Shown one piece after another: positions 62,468 through 64,000 of a stretch of 64,000 nucleotides of DNA (positions are counted from its first letter, which is position 1; each line of letters opens with the position of its first letter). Made by a program: the position numbers and the translations under genes. Under the pieces are notes generated by a model. The model was not told the DNA's origin, made no database searches, and worked only from the letters and a program-made list of their open reading frames with translations. This DNA comes from an uncultured bacterium (GTDB taxonomy: Bacteria; Fidelibacterota; Marinisomatia; Marinisomatales; CAZVFT01): NCBI GenBank assembly GCA_964626495.1, contig CAZVFT010000002.1:97-64096 (forward strand), read 5' to 3'.

Positions 62468-62540
62468 AGCCTACGACCGGACTTGAACCGGTGACCCCGT
62501 CCTTACCAAGGACGTGCTCTACCGACTGAGCTACGTAGGC
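62468..62540 (-). tRNA. tRNA-Thr (GGT)
   Basis: 73-nt cloverleaf: GCCTACG acceptor, anticodon loop CTTGGTAAG context, T-loop TTCAAGT. Confidence 0.9.
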
Positions 62541-62600
62541 ACAAGAATTAATGTGCCTGATAAATAAAGATTCGAGCGAGTAACCTGTCTGTCTGACAGG

Positions 62601-62622
62601 GAACTCTCGACCCTCAGCTTGA
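62601..62622 (-). pseudogene. tRNA-Gly-derived fragment (anticodon-stem 3' strand / variable / T-stem)
   Basis: GAACTCTCGACCCTCAGCTTGA versus GAACTCGCGACCCTCAGCTTGGA in the adjacent tRNA-Gly; the flanks do not fold into a cloverleaf. Confidence 0.4.
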
Positions 62623-62644
62623 CTGCCCGGTGATTTCCATTGTG

Positions 62645-62717
62645 AGCGGCGGACGAGGTTCGAACTCGCGACCCTCAGCTTGGAAGGCTGATGCTCTACC
62701 AACTGAGCTACCACCGC
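62645..62717 (-). tRNA. tRNA-Gly (TCC)
   Basis: 73-nt cloverleaf: GCGGTGG acceptor, anticodon loop CTTCCAA, T-loop TTCGAAC. Confidence 0.9.
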
Positions 62718-62843
62718 ATTTTCTTGATATGCGGATAAAACTGACGTTCTATTCCCTATTCCATTCATAAAGTTACACCTATACAGTTGTTATCATAACA
62801 GACATAAACCTTAAAAAAATATCGATATTTTTCCATTATTACG

Positions 62844-62926
62844 TGGGGAGAGATGGATTTGAACCACCGAAGGCTCTCGCCGCCAGATTTACAGTCTGGT
62901 GCATTTGACCGCTCTGCCACCTCCCC
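62844..62926 (-). tRNA. tRNA-Tyr (GTA)
   Basis: 83-nt class II tRNA: GGGGAGG acceptor, anticodon loop CTGTAAA, long variable arm, T-loop TTCAAAT. Confidence 0.9.
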
Positions 62927-63006
62927 AAATTTTCAGATCGATTCAAATTATCCCTCTATACCATTGAGCCACCGGAGAGACTCATATGATGGAGTTCCTG
63001 TGGAAG

Positions 63007-63026
63007 ACCCCTCAACCTGCTGATTA
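63007..63026 (-). pseudogene. tRNA-Thr(TGT)-derived fragment
   Basis: ACCCCTCAACCTGCTGATTA versus ACCCCCAACCTGCTGATTA of the adjacent tRNA-Thr (one indel); no cloverleaf. Confidence 0.4.
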
Positions 63027-63042
63027 TTTCGACATGCATCAG

Positions 63043-63115
63043 AGCCGATAGAGGGACTTGAACCCCCAACCTGCTGATTACAAATCAGCTGCTCTACCAG
63101 TTGAGCTATATCGGC
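63043..63115 (-). tRNA. tRNA-Thr (TGT)
   Basis: 73-nt cloverleaf: GCCGATA acceptor, anticodon loop ATTTGTAAT context, T-loop TTCAAGT. Confidence 0.9.
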
Positions 63116-63332
63116 ATGTCGGGACTTTATGGTAGTATCACGAGATTCCACCCAGTGACATTCACCTGTTAATAGAGACATACCATCCATTTTCAAATAA
63201 ATATTTTTCATCGACGTTAATGTGTATAAAATTAAATAAAGCGATATAGTTTCTAATTTTAAATAAAATAAATATAAATAACAAATTATTTTTTACCGTT
63301 TTTACCGAGTCTACTAGATTAAGAGTAAAACG

Positions 63333-63404
63333 TAGCGCGTACGGGAATCGAACCCGTGTTTCCGGCTTGAGAGGCCGACGTCCTAACCCCTAGACGAACG
63401 CGCC
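63333..63404 (-). tRNA. tRNA-Glu (CTC)
   Basis: 72-nt cloverleaf: GGCGCGT acceptor, Glu-type D-arm TCGTCTAGGGGTTAGGAC, anticodon loop CTCTCAA, T-loop TTCGATT. Confidence 0.85.
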
Positions 63405-63694
63405 ATAATCCAATATGTCAAAAAAACGTCTTTTCTCGATACAAGTGCTGGGACGCTCTATCTGGTGGATGAATGCGACCCACCTTGTACTGCCGGCGTT
63501 ACAGTGGATCGAGTATATTAATTACCAGTCTTTGCTTTATATGTATACCGCAAGTCATGCCATAATAGAGTTTATGGTATATTCTAAAATGTCTAAACAT
63601 CTTGTTCGTGGTTTTTGTTATTTCTGTGGCGTCGGATGTAGGAAATTATGGAAATCGAGATTATAGTAAATGGAGTGATAGGATTTTGTATTTG

Positions 63695-63738
63695 TTTTAC
63701 ATTAATTTTTTAATGGATTGAGTTTTTGGGATGGACAG
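63695..63738 (+). repeat. Diverged direct repeat, unit 1 (precedes a small plus-strand ORF)
   Basis: TTTTAC-ATTAATT..GGATT.AGTTTTTGG.A.GGACAG shared with 63931-63975 (about 80% identity, 236-nt period). Confidence 0.6.
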
Positions 63739-63930
63739 TAGATAAATCATATATTCTTCGCATTGTGAAAATGGTTTACCTCTCGCCAAGGATTCAAGAA
63801 ACGATTCTGCTTCTCCCCCGCTCTAACAAATTCCGGTCTTATACCTCCGCCAAGAATTTATTGAAGTTGGTTGAGATTGTGGGGTTTGGGGAGCAGGAAA
63901 GGGTGTTTGGTTTGTTGTAACGTAAACTGT

Positions 63931-63975
63931 TTTTACTCACATTAATTGTTTGGATTTAGTTTTTGGAAGGGACAG
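63931..63975 (+). repeat. Diverged direct repeat, unit 2 (runs toward the window edge)
   Basis: See unit 1. Confidence 0.6.
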
Positions 63976-64000
63976 CCTTAAACCTTTTTATCATTGCTTA

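Noticed and set aside
62457-63211. ORFs of 103 and 87 aa across the tRNA cluster
   Set aside because: They are translations of tRNA-Thr, tRNA-Gly and tRNA-Thr genes and their spacers (the LVEHQ and AQLVEQ peptides are classic tRNA-derived artefacts).
62440-63410. Integrative element or prophage at the tRNA cluster, suggested by the partial tRNA duplications
   Set aside because: No integrase, no cargo genes and no matching full-length att repeat exist between the fragments and their parent tRNAs. Only short decayed fragments remain.
63415-63666. 83-aa plus-strand ORF and an imperfect hairpin (ACAAGTGCTGGGACGC...GCGACCCACCTTGT) next to tRNA-Glu; considered as a possible ncRNA (SRP, tmRNA or 6S)
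   Set aside because: No conserved SRP, tmRNA or RNase P motifs are recognisable. The ORF is Cys/Trp/Tyr-rich with no RBS. Evidence is insufficient either way.
63695-63975. Possible CRISPR array suggested by two similar 45-nt units
   Set aside because: There are only two units, they are only about 80% identical, and the period is 236 nt. No cas genes are visible. This is inconsistent with CRISPR.

Overview
AT-rich bacterial chromosome segment. Essentially every supportable gene (about 75 CDS and 7 tRNAs) lies on the minus strand. Positions 31.4-63.4 kb form one contiguous translation/transcription super-cluster. Read in minus-strand order it is: tRNA-Glu/Thr/Tyr/Gly/Thr, tuf, rpmG, tRNA-Trp, secE-nusG, rplKAJL, rpoBC, rpsLG-fusA-tuf, then the S10, spc and alpha operons ending at rplQ. 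The first 31 kb carries housekeeping genes: folD, zapA, pheST, infC-rpmI-rplT, thrS, ctp, tmk, rsmI and cdsA. It also holds a complete lysine-to-aminoadipate catabolic cluster with separate LKR and SDH genes plus LAT and an ALDH7-type dehydrogenase. A T9SS-sorted BNR propeller protein suggests an FCB-group-like lineage. An MNT/HEPN pair is wedged inside the infC-rplT-pheST cluster. The best candidate for an undescribed system is the operon at 19.5-27.4 kb. It combines a 1011-aa MutL/GlmL-like actin-fold ATPase fusion with an FN3-displaying membrane protein and three further membrane proteins I cannot assign to any family. It is preceded by an unusual structured repeat element. Other points worth a second look are listed here:
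- Two apparently nucleotide-identical tuf copies whose codon usage is a strong outlier relative to all neighbouring genes.
- Non-canonical start codons for infC (ATC) and rsmI (ATT).
- A roughly 100-nt intergenic repeat family present in three copies.
- A lysine/alanine-rich N-terminal extension on ribosomal protein L5.
- tRNA-derived debris in the tRNA cluster.
All functional calls come from reading the translations and sequence by eye; no database search was run.
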